64,000 nt of DNA, taken from the NCBI RefSeq assembly GCF_020745735.1, contig NC_083445.1, positions 2,604,001 to 2,668,000 on the forward strand, given 5' to 3'. The DNA is from Hemiscyllium ocellatum (taxonomy: Eukaryota). Shown here piece by piece: positions 13,421 to 26,489 of the stretch. The notes below the pieces were generated by a model that was not told the DNA's origin, did not search any database, and saw nothing but the letters and a program-made list of their open reading frames with translations. The position numbers and the translations under genes are program-made. Numbering within the stretch: the first letter of the stretch is position 1; each line of letters starts with the position of its first letter.

Positions 13421-15789
13421 CTCTTACCCGTCCTTGACCTCTTCACCTCCAACTGCTGCTGTGGCGTTGACTGCCTCAACCTGTCCACCCCTCACCTACT
13501 CCAACCTATCACCCTCAAAAAGCGCAGCCCTCCAGTCCCTCCACTCCAACCCAACCTCATCATTACATCAGCGGACAAGGGGAGAGCACATGGTAGTTTG
13601 GCACGTCGACCTCCACATCGCTGCAGCCACACATTCCTGATAAAGGGCTTATGCCCAAAATGTTGACCCTCCTGCCTGACCTGCTGTGCTTTTCCAGCTC
13701 CACACTTGGACTCGGACTCTCCAGCATCTGCAGTCCTCACTTTCATTTCTCCAGACAGCAAGACAAAGAATAGTCAACTCAATCCAAAGCAACTTGTTGA
13801 ACCACAAAGATATTGTTCAAGACGTTGAACTCTGCTACTGTCCCACTGTTCCAGTTCAAGCAGAGCTTAAGGTTGAAAGTAGGATCCCAAGAAAGAGAAG
13901 ACCATTCAACCCCTCAAGCTCGTCCCAGCCTCAACTCCTCACGTCTGCCAGGCTCTAACGATCTTGCTTATCAACCTTTCAGCATCGACAGTCCTTCATC
14001 CCTGTAACCAACTCACTGAAGCTTCTGACTGCTGCCAAAGCATAACCTGCTGAAGGAAAGACACCAAAACTGTATAATAATAGTAATTGCACACAGAAAA
14101 GGGTGGGTATCTACAATCCACACAAAGAACAGTGACTGGGGGCAATATATTTATTTTTTTTTAAGGAAGTAATAAGGTTAGGCTGTGGTGTTGGGTAAAC
14201 TGGAAAATGAATGCAGGATCTGCTGCAAAGGTTTGAATTCTGACTGTCAATGAGCAGACTCTCACTTTAAACCATTTTTACAGCTACTCCGTCTTCTTCA
14301 TGGAGCATGTCACAGGATAAAAGTAACTCTCAGTGCCTCACTCACACAAGTGCTAACTTTATGAACAGCCCATTACTGTGGCAGATCTCAGCCATGCTAT
14401 GACCTTGAAGTACACTCAGCAGTCACAACCAGCCGTGGGCTCACCTCCTGAACCTAAGGTTACTCAGGTCAATGGCAGCATTTCAACTCCTCTCAGCATT
14501 GTCAGACAATGAAACAAAGGGGTTTCCTTCAGAGTCCGACTGCTTTATTTGTACAGCTGGCTCGACCTCAACTTTTGCCATCGAAGAAATCTTGTCTTTG
14601 TTTCTGAGACAAAAGCCCACTGTTCCTATCGGCTACCTATTTCTCACTCAAAAACGCTCTGAGCATGAACGTCATCACATCTGTGGTGCACTGAGCTCAT
14701 TCATGGTTTCCGATCTTACCACAAACGCACATTTTGTGCTGGGCGAAAAAACACAGTACAACTTGAAACATGGCTTTAAGGATCTCATCTATCTATCAGA
14801 TAATATTCTGGTAAAGAATTAGGGCAGTGTCCTCAGCACTTCTGAGAATGACCCATTTGATAGTCTTTGTACTTATCAAACAGGCCCCACAAAGAAATCT
14901 GCTTCCTCTCTACCTACTCAAGGCTTGAAAGTCAAGACCTCCAAAACCTCAAAAGTGTGCATCCTTGAATTTTCCAGTCATCAGTATTTCTTGACTGTCC
15001 TCATCATTCCTTCTCTTTTTAACCTTGGTACTATCAACACTTTCCTCAGCTTCTCAGCTGATGGTATGCCCAGGTAACAATGATGGAAGACTTTTACAGT
15101 CTCCACCTCAAGTGAGAATATTTCACCACTTTTCCTTCCAAGTTGCAGTCAGCTGCAAGGCACTTCAATAAAACTAGGAACCAATGTTCAAATATTTCTG
15201 TTACAATAACCAAACACTCGCCCAGTGTCTGATAACCGATTCCCACAAACACAGGTACTGAACCTCTTTGAAGAGCTATTTCACCCAGCTTTTCTTCTCA
15301 GCTGGTCTGCCTCTGCTAGAAGGTTGGTGTTTGATTCACAGCAGATTTTCTATACCTCCCAATCCCATGCCATCCTTTCCATTTACCAAGAACATCCCTC
15401 AATTTCCAAGCCACCAAGCATGGATACTCTCTTCCTTACTCGGATTCTGTGAAATCTCTCCGCCATGACATCTTTTACACGTCTAGTTCATCTTAAAAAT
15501 GCCCTACCAAGACCCTCTGCATTTTTATGACTAGGCCAACAGGTTTTTGTTCATTCTTTCTCGACAACACTATTACTTTCTTGTGCTGAATGTCTCCAAT
15601 CTCCCCCAAACCCACATTTTGAAACTTCAAAAAACAAAACGTTCCATACCTGGAGATAAAACCAAAGAACATTCTTCAGCCTGCTTCAAATGTGAGTATA
15701 TTTGTCCTCAGTTAAGGGAACTACAACTGCTCACAGTATTCCAGTTGTGCACTCACCAGTGTTTATCCAGTTTCACCAAGACAGTGCAG

Positions 15790-18700
15790 GAGAGAGAGAG
15801 AACCTGCACAGTTACTGCCTTTGCTATTTGAATTTGTGTATCGCTGGACATCGCAGTGCATCTGGGAAAATTAACAAACAGTGAAATTCACAACTAATCT
15901 TGGAGGAACCGGTTCGGGCGAAGTTCACAGCACAGAATCAGATAAGTTAATTGTTGTCTTAAGTCTGTCCGAGAGAGAGGCTGCAGTAGGGAGTATAGTG
16001 GACTTGTTCTTGATTATATGTTTTTGAAGATAAGTCTCTTGATTAAACTTAAAATAAGCCATAGCTATTAATTTAACCTGGGGTAATGTTTGTAGAGGAA
16101 TAAGACGGTGTTATTTTCTGGGTCTGTAGATTGTGAAGGAGCAAAAATGGCCTTTGCAGTGAGATGTACTTCTTGTCAGATGTGGGAGTTTAAAGAGAGT
16201 TTAAGGGTTACTGCGGATTATATCTGCCATAAATGCTGTTGGATGCGAATCTTATCAGATCAAGTGGATCGGTTGGAGAGACAGATAAAAGCGATGAGGA
16301 ATTTGCAACAGTATGTGATGGACAACAGTTATAGGAAGGAGGAAAGTCTCAGATACAGTCATATAGATGAGTTAACTCCAGGAAGGGCGAGAGAGGTCAG
16401 CACCTCGTGCAGGAATCTTTTGTGGATATACCCATTTCAAACAGGTATGCTGTTTTGGAAAATGTAGGGGGTGATGGATTCTCAGGGGAACGTAGCAAGA
16501 ACAGCCAAGTTTCTGCTATTGAGACTAGCTCTAATGCAACGAGGGGTACGTCGGCTTCCAAGAGATCAATTGTGTTAGGGGATTCTGTAGTCAGAGGTAC
16601 AGACAGACGTTTCTGTGGCCAGCAGAGAAAAAGCAGAATGGTGTGTTGTTTCCCTGGTGCCAGGATCGAGGATGTCTCAGAGAGGGTGCAGAATGTTCTC
16701 ACGGGGGAGAGGGGCCAGCAGGAGGTCAGTGTCCACATTGGAACCAACAACACAGGAAGGGAAAAGGTTGAGATTCTGAAGGGAGATTGCAGAGAGTTAG
16801 ACAGAAATTTAAAAAGGAGGTCCTCAAGGGTAGTAATATCTGGATTACTCCCAGTGCTATGATCTAGTGAGGGCAGGAATAGGAAGATACAGCAGATGAA
16901 TGCATGGCTGAGGAGCTGGTGTATGGGAGAAGGATTCACATTTTCGGATCATTGGAATCTCTTTTGGGATAGAAGTGAACTGTACAAGAAGGATGGATTG
17001 CACCTAAATTGGAAGGGGACTGATATACTGGCAGGAAAATTTGCTAGATCTGCTTGGGAGGATTTAAACTGGTAAGGTGGGGTGGGACCAAGGGAGATAG
17101 TGAGGAAAGAGATCGATCTGAGACTGGTACAACTGAGAACAGAAGTGAGTCAAAAAGTCAGGGCAGGCAGGGACAAGGTAGGACTAATAAATTAAACTAC
17201 ATTTATTTCAATGCAAGGGGCCTAACAGGGAAGGCAGATGAACTCGGTGTGGTTAGCAACATGGGACTGGGATATCATAGCAAATACGGAAACATGGCTC
17301 AGGGATGGGCAGGACTGGCAGCTTAATGTTCCAGGATACAAATGCTACAGGAAGGATAGAAATGGAGGCAAGAGAGGAGGAGGAGTGGCATTTTTGATAA
17401 GGGATAGCATTACAGGTGTGCTGAGGGAGGATATTCCTGGAAATACATCCAGGGAAGTTATTTGGGTGGAACCGAGAAATAAGAAAGGGATGATCACCTT
17501 ATTGGGATTGTATTATAGATCCCCCAATAGTCAGAGGGAAATTGAGAAACAAACTTGTAAGGAGATCTCAGCTATCTGTAAGAATAATAGGGTGGTTATG
17601 GTAGGGGATTTCAACTTTCCAAACATCGACTGGGACTGCCGTAATGTTAAAGGTTTAGATGGAGAGGAATTTCTTAAGTGCATACAAGACAATTTTCTGA
17701 TTCAGTATGTGGATGTACCTACGAGAGAAGGTACAAAATTTGACCTACTCTTGGGAAATAAGGCAGGGCAGGTGACTAAGGTGTCAGTGGGGGAGCACTT
17801 TGGGGCCAGCGACCATAATTCTATTTTAAAATAGTGATGGAAAAGGATAGACCAGATCTAAAAGTTGAAGTTCTAAATTGGAGAAAGGCCAATTTTGACG
17901 GTATTAGGTAAGAACTTTCAAAAGCTGATTGGAGGCAGATGTTCGCAGGTAAAGGGATGGGTGGAAAATGGGAAGCCTTCAGAAATGAGATAACAAGAAT
18001 CCAGAGAAAGTATATTCCTGTCAGGGTGAAAGGGAAGGCTGGTAGGTATAGGGAATGCTGGATGACTAAAGAAATTGAGGGTTTGGTTAAGAAAAAGAAG
18101 GAAGCATATGTCAGGTACAGACAGGATATATCGAGTGAATCCCTAGAAGAGTATAAAGGCAGTAGGAGTATACTTAAGAGGGAAATCAGGAGGGCAAAAC
18201 GGGGACATGAGATAGCTTTGGCAAGTAGAATTAAGGAGAATCCAATGGGTTTTTACAAATATATTAAGGACAAAGGGTAATATAGGGAGAGAAATAGGGC
18301 CCCTCAAAGATCAGCAAGGCGGCCTTTGTGTGGAGCCTTAGAAAATGGGGGAGATACTAAATGAATATTTTGCATCAGTATTTACTGTGGAAAAGGATAT
18401 GGAAGATATAGACTGTAGGGAAATAGATGGTGACATCTTGCAAAATGTCCAGATTACAGAGGAGGAAGTGCTGGATGTCTTGAAACGGCCAAAGGTGGAT
18501 AAATCCCCAGGACCTGATCAGGTGTACCCGAGAACTCTGTGGGAAGCTAGAGAAGTGATTGCTGGGCTTCTTGCTGAGATATTTGTATCATCGATAGTCA
18601 CAGGTGAGGTGCCGGAAGACTGGAGGTTGGCAGTATAGACAAGCCAGTGAGCCTGACCTGGGTAGTGGGCAGTTGGTGGATGGAATCCTGAGGGACAGGG

Positions 18701-20000
18701 TGTACATGTATGTGGAAAGGCAAAGGCTGATTCGGGATAGTCAACATGGCTTTGTGCGTGGGAAATCATGTCTCACAGACTTGATTGAGTTTTTTATAAG
18801 AAGTAACAAAGAGGATTGATGAGGGCCGAGCAGTAGATGTGATCTATATGGACTTCAGTAAGGCATTCGACAAGGTTCCCCATGGGAGACCGATTAGCAA
18901 GGTTAGATCTCATGGAATACAGGGAGAAGTAGCCATTTGGATACAGAACTGGCTCAAAGGTAGAAGACAGAGGGTGGTGGTGGAGGGTTGCTTTTCAGAC
19001 TGGAGACCTGTGACCAGTGGAGTGCCACAAGGATCGGTGCTGGGCCCTCTACTTTTTGTCATTTACATAAATGATTTGGATGCGAGCATAAGAGGTACAG
19101 TTAGTAAGTTTGCAGATGACACCAAAATTGGAGGTGTAGTGGACAGAGAAGAGAATTACCTCAGATTACAACAGGATCTGGACCAGATGGGCCAATGGGC
19201 TGAGTGGTAGATGGAGTTTAATTCAGATAAATGCGAGGTGCTGCATTTTGGGAAAGCAAATCATAGCAGGACTTATACACTTAATGGTAAGGGCATAGTG
19301 AGTGTTGCTGAACAAAGAGACCTTGGTTCATAGCTCCTTGAAAGTGAAGGCAGCATTTGGTAAGCTTTCCTTTATTGGTCAGAGCATCGAGTACAGGAGG
19401 TCATGTTGCGGCTGTACAGGAGGTCATGTTGCGGCTGTACAGGACATTGGTTAGTCCATTGTTGGAATACTGCGTGTAATTCTGATCTCCTTCCTATCAG
19501 AAAGATGTTGTGAAACATGAAAGAGTTCAGAAAAGATTTACAAGGATGTTGCCAAGGTTGGAGGATCTGAGCTACAGGGAGAAGCTGAACAGGCTGGGGC
19601 TGTTTTCCCTGGAGCGTCGGAGGTTATGGGGTAACCTTATAGAGGTTTACAAAATTATGAGGGGCATGGATAGATAAATAGGCAAAGTCTTTTCTCTGGG
19701 GTTGGGGAGTCCAGAACTAGAGGGCATAGGTTTAGGGTGAGAGGGGAAAGATATAAAAGAGACCTAAGGGGCAACGTTTTCACGCAGAGGGTGGTACGTG
19801 TATGGAATGAGCTGCCAGAGGAAGTGGTGGAGGCTGGTACAATTACAACATTTAAGAGGCATTTGGATGGGTATATGAATAGGAAGGGTTTGGAGGGATA
19901 TGGGCTGGGTACTGGCAGGTGGGACTAGATTGAGTTGGGATATCTGGACGGGTTGGACCGAAGGGTCTGTTTCCATGCTGTGAATCGCCATGACTCTAAG
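15790..20000 (+). mobile_element. Near-full-length CR1-clade LINE (HER1-like), inactivated
   Basis: ORF1 zinc-finger/coiled coil (CTSCQMW...CHKC) plus SGNH esterase (VLGDS, HIGTNN, DGLH). ORF2 APE (YFNAR, ETWL, GDFN, SDHN) and RT (DFSKAFDKVPH, GVPQGSVLGP, FADD). 3' UTR GTTGGACCGAAGGGTCTGTTTCC + ATGACTCTA tail. Multiple stops, frameshifts and small deletions; the 5' boundary is approximate. Confidence 0.93.
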
Positions 20001-20788
20001 ACCTTCCTTTTGGACACTCCATTTCATGTGAAATGAAGGCAAACATCCCATTTGCCCACTGGTCACTAAAATACTGTTCAAGATTACCTTGTATTCCAAT
20101 TCATACCAAAGATGAAGTGACATTGAGGATGCATTTGACTGGGTGTTGCATCAACAAGCCCTCGCACAACAGGAATCAATGCGTGTCAGGGGATAAGCTC
20201 TCGGCTGGTTAGAATCATAACTGGCACACAGCAAGGTGGCCATGGTTGTTGGAGGTCAGACATCTCTGCAGGAGTTCCTCAGGGGAGTATCCTGGGCCCA
20301 ACCACCTTCAGCTGTTTCATCAATGGCCTTCTCTTCCTAAGGTCCGAAGTGGAGATGCTTGCTGATGATTGCACAGTGTTCGTTGTGGACGTTGTTCAAA
20401 TGACTTTGTTCCTGTTCCACTAACATGGCCTGTCGTCAACACTGACCAGAATGTAGATCAGCTCCAATTTCTCAAGTTCAAAAGCTCTCTCTTTCTCCTG
20501 CTGGGGCCTTCTTTTCATCATAATTCAAACTGTTTAATTTCCTTTTCACTTGGAGCTGAATTTTAGCCCTGGCCAATTACGCTGATTGCATTCCTGGCAC
20601 TTGTCAATGCAGAGCTATTCCTGCAATCATCTCCCCATTCCTCACAGACACAAAAACCCCCAACTCCAGCCTGTTTGCCAATTCTGAAAGCTTTACCCTG
20701 CTCACTTTCGAGAAAATTCCCCAAGTGACTTCTTCCATCCCCATGAAGACCTTAGCAACTGAAAGAGCCATTATTAAACATCGTTACA

Positions 20789-21525
20789 CTGTTTAAACCA
20801 ACCGAATGCAATGCCCAAAATAAACACACCATCACTTACCCTTTGAGTCCAGTAATCCTCAACCCAACCTGGAATTAGAGATTTGGATCCCGACAAGAGT
20901 CTGCAATTTTGATGGACCGGACCAAATCTCCGCAAAACATATTTCAAAATTAGTCACGACCCTAAAGTTTGCTTATTTTAAAGGTAAGTGCAAGGTGATG
21001 TGTTTCAGATGCAATTTGATTGGCCAAACTACCAGGTTTGAAGCAAAACACACTTCATTCACACACTACAGCTAAAATACAGGCAAAATAAAAAAAAAGA
21101 ATTGGCATAAATAAAACAATCAAAATTCTAACAAAATGATATATTAGCTATTACTAATGAACTATTCCAATACAGTAACATCCCATAAACACACCCTTGG
21201 CAAAGACAAATTCAATTTAACAGCTGGTCTCACATGCAATTCCAGCAGCAGGCAGCTAACCCCAGCTCTAAGCTGGAACAGAGAGAGAAATAAGAGCTCC
21301 CACATCCAGCTTCAAGACTCCAGCAACAGGTACTCAAAACCAATCCTGGCTTGGTGGGTGTTTGACCCCACCCATTTAGCTGCTTCCGTTGTTCCCAACT
21401 TTATAAATAAAACCCCATGGCCTCACAAGCTGTTCACTTTCCAGCAGATGGCTCAGTCCTTGTCTCAGCCCTACCTCACAAAAACAGGGACAACACCACC
21501 TTCTTAAAGCCATTGTATCTTCACA
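20789..21525 (-). mobile_element. Possible solo LTR
   Basis: Minus strand begins TGTGAAGATAC and ends ...TAAACA; TATAAA and CCAAT-like motifs inside. No TSD confirmed. Confidence 0.35.
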
Positions 21526-21569
21526 CAAATAATTGACCTCCTGACTCCCCAAAGCATGTCCATCATCTA

Positions 21570-23261
21570 CTCGCACTCCTCTACACTGGGGAGACAGTGG
21601 GCTTACTCGCAAAGTGCTTCAAAGCTCCTCTACACTGGGGGGACAGGGGACCTACTCACACAGTGCTTCAAAGCTCCTCTACACTGGGGAGACAGGGGAC
21701 CTACTCACACAGTGCTTCAAAGCTCCTCTACACTGGGGAGACAGTGGGCTTACTCGCACAGTGCTTCAGAGCTCCTCTACACTGGGGAGGCAGGAGGCCT
21801 ACTCGCACAGTGCTTCAGAGCTCCTCTACACTGGGGTGACAGGGGACCTACTCACAGTGCTTCAGAGCTCCTCTACACTGGGGGGGCAGTGGGCTTACTC
21901 ACACAGCGCTTCAAAGCTCCTCTACACTGGGGAGACAGGAGGCCTACTCACACAGCGCTTCAGAGCTCCTCTACACTGGGGAGGCAGGGTACCTACTCAC
22001 ACAGTGCTTCAGAGCTCCTCTACACTGGGGTGACAGGAGGCCTACTCACACAGTGCTTCAGAGCTCCTCTACACTGGGGAGACAGGGGGCCTACTCACAC
22101 AGCGCTTCAGAGCTCCTCTACACTGGGGAGACAGGGGGCCGACTCGCACAGTGCTTCAGAGCTCCTCTACACTGGGGAGACAGGGGACCTACTCACACAG
22201 TGCTTCAGAGCTCCTCTACACTGGGGAGACAGGGGGCCTACTCACACAGCGCTTCAGAGCTCCTCTACACTGGGGAGACAGGGGGCCGACTCGCACAGTG
22301 CTTCAGAGCTCCTCTACGCTGGGGAGACAGGGGACCTACTCACACAGCGCTTCAGAGCTCCTCTACACTGGGGTGACAGGAGGCCTACTCGCACAGCGCT
22401 TCAGAGCTCCTCTACACTGGGGAGGCAGGAGGCCTACTCGCACAGTGCTTCAGAGCTCCTCTACACTGGGGTGACAGGGGACCTACTCGCACAGCGCTTC
22501 AGAGCTCCTCTACACTGGGGTGACAGGAGGCCTACTCGCACAGCGCTTCAGAGCTCCTCTACACTGGGGAGGCAGGAGGCCTACTCACACAGTGCTTCAG
22601 AGCTCCTCTACACTGGGGAGGCAGGAGGCCTACTCACACAGCGCGTCAGAGCTCCTCTACACTGGGGAGGCAGGAGGCCTACTCACACAGTGCTTCAAAG
22701 AACATCTCATGGACACCCGCACCAACCAACCCCACCGCCCTTGGCCGAACACTTCAAGTCCCCCTCCCAACCCCGAGGACATGCAGGTCTTGGTATGTCG
22801 AGAGAGGAGGCCCCTAACCACCCGACAACTGGGGGAGGGAAGGCCTCACCTTCCACCTCGGGATCCTCCAACCTCATGGCATCAATGTGGATTTCACCAG
22901 TTTCCTCAATTCCCCTCCCTCCGCCTTATCTCAGTTCCAACCTTCCACCTCAGCACCACCCTCATGACCTAACCCACTTGTCCATCTTCCTTCTCACCAA
23001 TCTGCTCCACCCTCCCCCCGACCTACCACCATTAACCCCACCTCCATCCACCTATTACACTCTCAGCTACCTACTCCCTAGCCCCACCTCTCTCCTAGTT
23101 ATCTCTCCACCCCTGCCCCGAGGCTCCCAGTCTCATTCCTAATGAAGGGCTTATGCCCGAAATATCAAGTCTCCTGCTCCTCGGATGCTGCCTGACCTGC
23201 TGTGCTTTTCCAGCAACACATCCTTGACTATAATCTCTAACAAATGCAGTCCTCACTTTCA
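21570..23261 (+). mobile_element. 5'-truncated Penelope-like element (GIY-YIG C-terminus + terminal repeat) with 10-bp TSD, inserted into a LINE fragment
   Basis: CCATCATCTA at 21560-21569 and 23262-23271. GIY-YIG remnants 'KEHLMDTRTNQPHRP', 'LAEHFKSPS', 'EDMQVL'. Decayed hammerhead CTAATGA-AGGGC-TTAT-GCCC-GAAAT at 23139-23163. The host LINE sequence is continuous across the TSD. Confidence 0.85.
21576..22700 (+). repeat. Minisatellite, 23 x 49 bp
   Basis: Unit CTCCTCTACACTGGGGAGACAGGAGGCCTACTCACACAGTGCTTCAGAG; 1125 bp = 23 units with one 47-bp unit. Confidence 0.95.
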
Positions 23262-25221
23262 CCATCATCTATAAGGGACAAGTCAGGAGTGAGATGGAAT
23301 ACTCCCCACTTGCCTGGATGCATGCAGCTCCAACAACATTGGAAAAGCTTGACACCATCCAGGACAATGCAGCCCGCCTGACTGGCACATGCACAAACAA
23401 CCTCGACCATTGATGCTCAGTAGCAGCAGCATGTATTATCTACAAGATGCACTGCAGAAACTCACCCAAGAACCTCAGGCAGCACCTTCCAAACACATCT
23501 GATACTTGACACCAGCTGCTACAACTGAATGAGCCAAATAAGACTCAGCTGCCGTTTTACTGAGGTATTACCTCCGGGACCGATGTCAAATCAAAGGGTC
23601 AAATGTGAAGATATTACCATGAGAACAGAGAATAGAAGAAACAGCCGTCAGTCAGCAATATCAAGCTTGGGATTAAAGACAATGGTGACAAGACGGTGGG
23701 ATAGAAGCTGTTGGAATCAAATCAGTCGGAGCAAGAAACAACCACCTGATTTGGACACAGCAGCGCTGGTAGCAGAAGTGGTGTTATGCTGAGAAAATAA
23801 AACACATGGAAAGTTGAGACAACCTTTGATAAAGAAAGCAGTTCAAGTAGTAGTGAGTTTAGAGATCGGAATTGGAAGAGATGAGTCACATGATTTTTTT
23901 AATAGGAAGAAAGTTTGCTCACCAGTATTCACCGATAATCACCATTGGAACAAACAAACATTGTTTCATTTTACGCAAAACAACATAAGCTTTTTTCCCA
24001 CCAGCATGGAGACTCAGGCCCATCAGCCCAGAACCAAAGGGTTTTTAAAGGCTACCCCAGCTGACTGATCCAAATTGTGAAACAAAACACACTCACACAG
24101 GAGGATGTGTTACACAAGCAGCTAACAGTGGTCCCATACCATGGCAGGAAGCACTTACAGGGCAACTGGATACAGGTTGCCTAGCTGATGCAGAGTTTGA
24201 GTACAGTTCCTTACTAATCCATGTTCAATGTGGACTACAGGCCATGTTAATGGAACAGAAGCAGATTTATTGCTTACAGTGAACCATGGAGCTGCACTGG
24301 ACAGAGACTGTGGTAGACAGTGAGTCACAGTTGATGGACTTGGCTTTGCAAGAAATGGAATTGATTGATCCTTAATCCAGTGACAGTAGAGGAATGCTGT
24401 ACCTGCACAATACGTTTGTGTTATTCATTCAATTATGACCTTTACCGCAAAGGGGCTGGAACACAAGAAAAAAGACTTGCTATAATGGCACAGGGCTCTG
24501 ATATAATCTCACAGTAAAACAGTGAGCAATTTCCATTTCCATATTCAAGCAAGGATAGACTCACATGGGAGACTACACACACACACACGTTTTACTCAAC
24601 TGGTCTCTGGACTGAGAGCGCTGTCCTGTGGTGAGAGGCCAAGTAAAATACTCTCTGCAGTTGTGAAGAACGAGAGGTAACCTGATTGCAACCTTCAAGG
24701 TGTGAAGGGGCTTCACAGGGCTGACAGGGAGGTGTCTTCTTCCCTGGCTGGACAACTTAGAACAAGGAAGCATAAGTGGTTCAGTGCAGTGAAACCTGAA
24801 ATCAGCCACAATCAGAGGATGGTGGAGCAAGCCCTTCGGGCTGAACTGCCTACTCAAGCTCATATTCCTTAAGTTCTTACAAACTAGTCCAGCAAAAACA
24901 TGGACTGAAAGAGAGTCATTGGATTGGAGGAAATTAAATCCAAGTCTTCAACCACTGCATCAATTCTGGTGACAAGTTTGATTCCTGACTGTCCTCTTAT
25001 GTAAATCAATAACTTCAATTTAGAAAAAGGCTTTCAGGCACATATCCAAATGGCTTTCTCTGACTCAATTTCACTGTGCTATGAAACCAAGGAGAATGCA
25101 GCAAGACAATAAAATGTCACACAGACCAAGGAGCAAGAGGGCGGTTCAATGAACTGTTGACTAAATGGATATGCACTCACTTTCCTGTCCATGTCAAGGG
25201 TTCTGGCATTTGGGATTTGCC

Positions 25222-25226
25222 GGGGT

Positions 25227-25267
<41 letters not shown>
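25222..25267 (+). repeat. Poly-G tract (about 45 nt)
   Basis: Direct inspection; a second about 19-nt G run lies at 62018-62036. Confidence 0.9.
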
Positions 25268-25268
<1 letters not shown>

Positions 25269-26489
25269 AAGAGATGGGAAGAATAGGGGTGGGTGTGAAC
25301 AGAGCAGAGAACGAGGGGACAATCACTTCACAATCCTAACAGCTGGCTGCAGATGCTGATCCGAGAATCTGAGTCTCTCTAGCAAACTGGGGCAGAAATA
25401 CAAGCCTTGCATGTCTACAGTAGTGTGTATACATCCTAAAGAATTTCACAGTTTATAAAGTGATGCTTTGTGAAGAAACGAGGCAGCCAAGAATTAAATA
25501 AAAACAGCAGGATCAGGTTTTGATGTTGCTGGACGATGGAGGACTGTTTGCTCAAACTCAAGGCAAGGCAAACTCCCCCCCTCTTTTCTCAATAATGACT
25601 ATAGGATGCTTTGCACGATTCCAACACGTGGCCACTGCAGCACTCTCCAACATGGCACTGGGAGTGTTCAGCACAGACTACCCTCCTCACATTCCTGGAG
25701 TGCTATTTAAGTAAAGACTTGAGCTAAGAATGGCATCATAAAAGACCCAAGTTCAGAAAAACAAACTACTAAAAGAACACATCAAAAACAAGACAGAAGT
25801 CAAAGATCTCAGCATGATAAAAATGTACCAGGTCTAACTTCCCCTTCAAAAGACAGAAGAGATATTCCTGTTTTCAAAAACAGCAATTTTTTTCAAAAAT
25901 CCATTTATAGAATGTGCAAGTCATTATGATACCAGACCCCACTCTAATTGCTCTGCAGAAGGTGATGGGGAGCTGCCCACTTGAACTGTGTTCATGTGTG
26001 TTTTCCAGGAACATCAAAAGTGTGGTGTAGGGAGAGCTTGAAGATTTTGAGCCAATGACACTGAACAAAGGTATAGTTTCAAGTCAGGATCTTGCAGCAA
26101 TTCGAGAGGAATTTGTCGGTGTTGGTGTTCATGTGTTTGTGTTACCCTTGCCTTTCAAGGTGGTACAGGTCAGGAGTCTGGAAGGTGTTGACAAAGGAGT
26201 CTTGGTAAATTTCTGCAGTGCAACTTGTAGAAGGCACACACTGCTGCTGACTATTAATGATGGAGGGAGTACATGTTTATGCATGAGGTGCCAATCAAAT
26301 GGACTACCTTGTCCAGATCGTGTCAAGCTTCTTGTGTAGATGCAGGAACTGCACCATCCAGGCAATTCAGTGGTCTTCCAATATACTCCAGGCTTGTGAA
26401 GTCAGATGAGGGAAATCAGAAATAAAAACAGAAAATACTGGAAATTATTTAACATGTCCAGCAGCATCTTTACGGAGAGTGCATGAGCG

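Larger units (their letters stand above)
12600..13750 (+). mobile_element. Degraded, internally deleted Penelope-like element
   Basis: 13530-13630 resembles the PLE pre-RT motif (NPNL..ADKGG.VVW..DLYIA), read in the ORF track as 'HSNPT...VVWHVDLHIAAA'. It ends in a PLE terminus with a decayed hammerhead CTGATAA-AGGGC-TTAT-GCCC-AAAAT (13637-13661). Confidence 0.65.

Noticed and set aside
16108-19928. Active CR1 or domesticated esterase gene
   Set aside because: Both ORFs carry several stops, frameshifts and deletions.
21576-22700. CRISPR-like array
   Set aside because: Head-to-tail units with no unique spacers; vertebrate context with no cas genes.
21556-23142. 528-aa ORF (and overlapping ORFs) as a novel repeat protein
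   Set aside because: Produced by a nearly stop-free 49-bp minisatellite cycling through three frames, plus frameshifted PLE remnants; no splice or promoter support.
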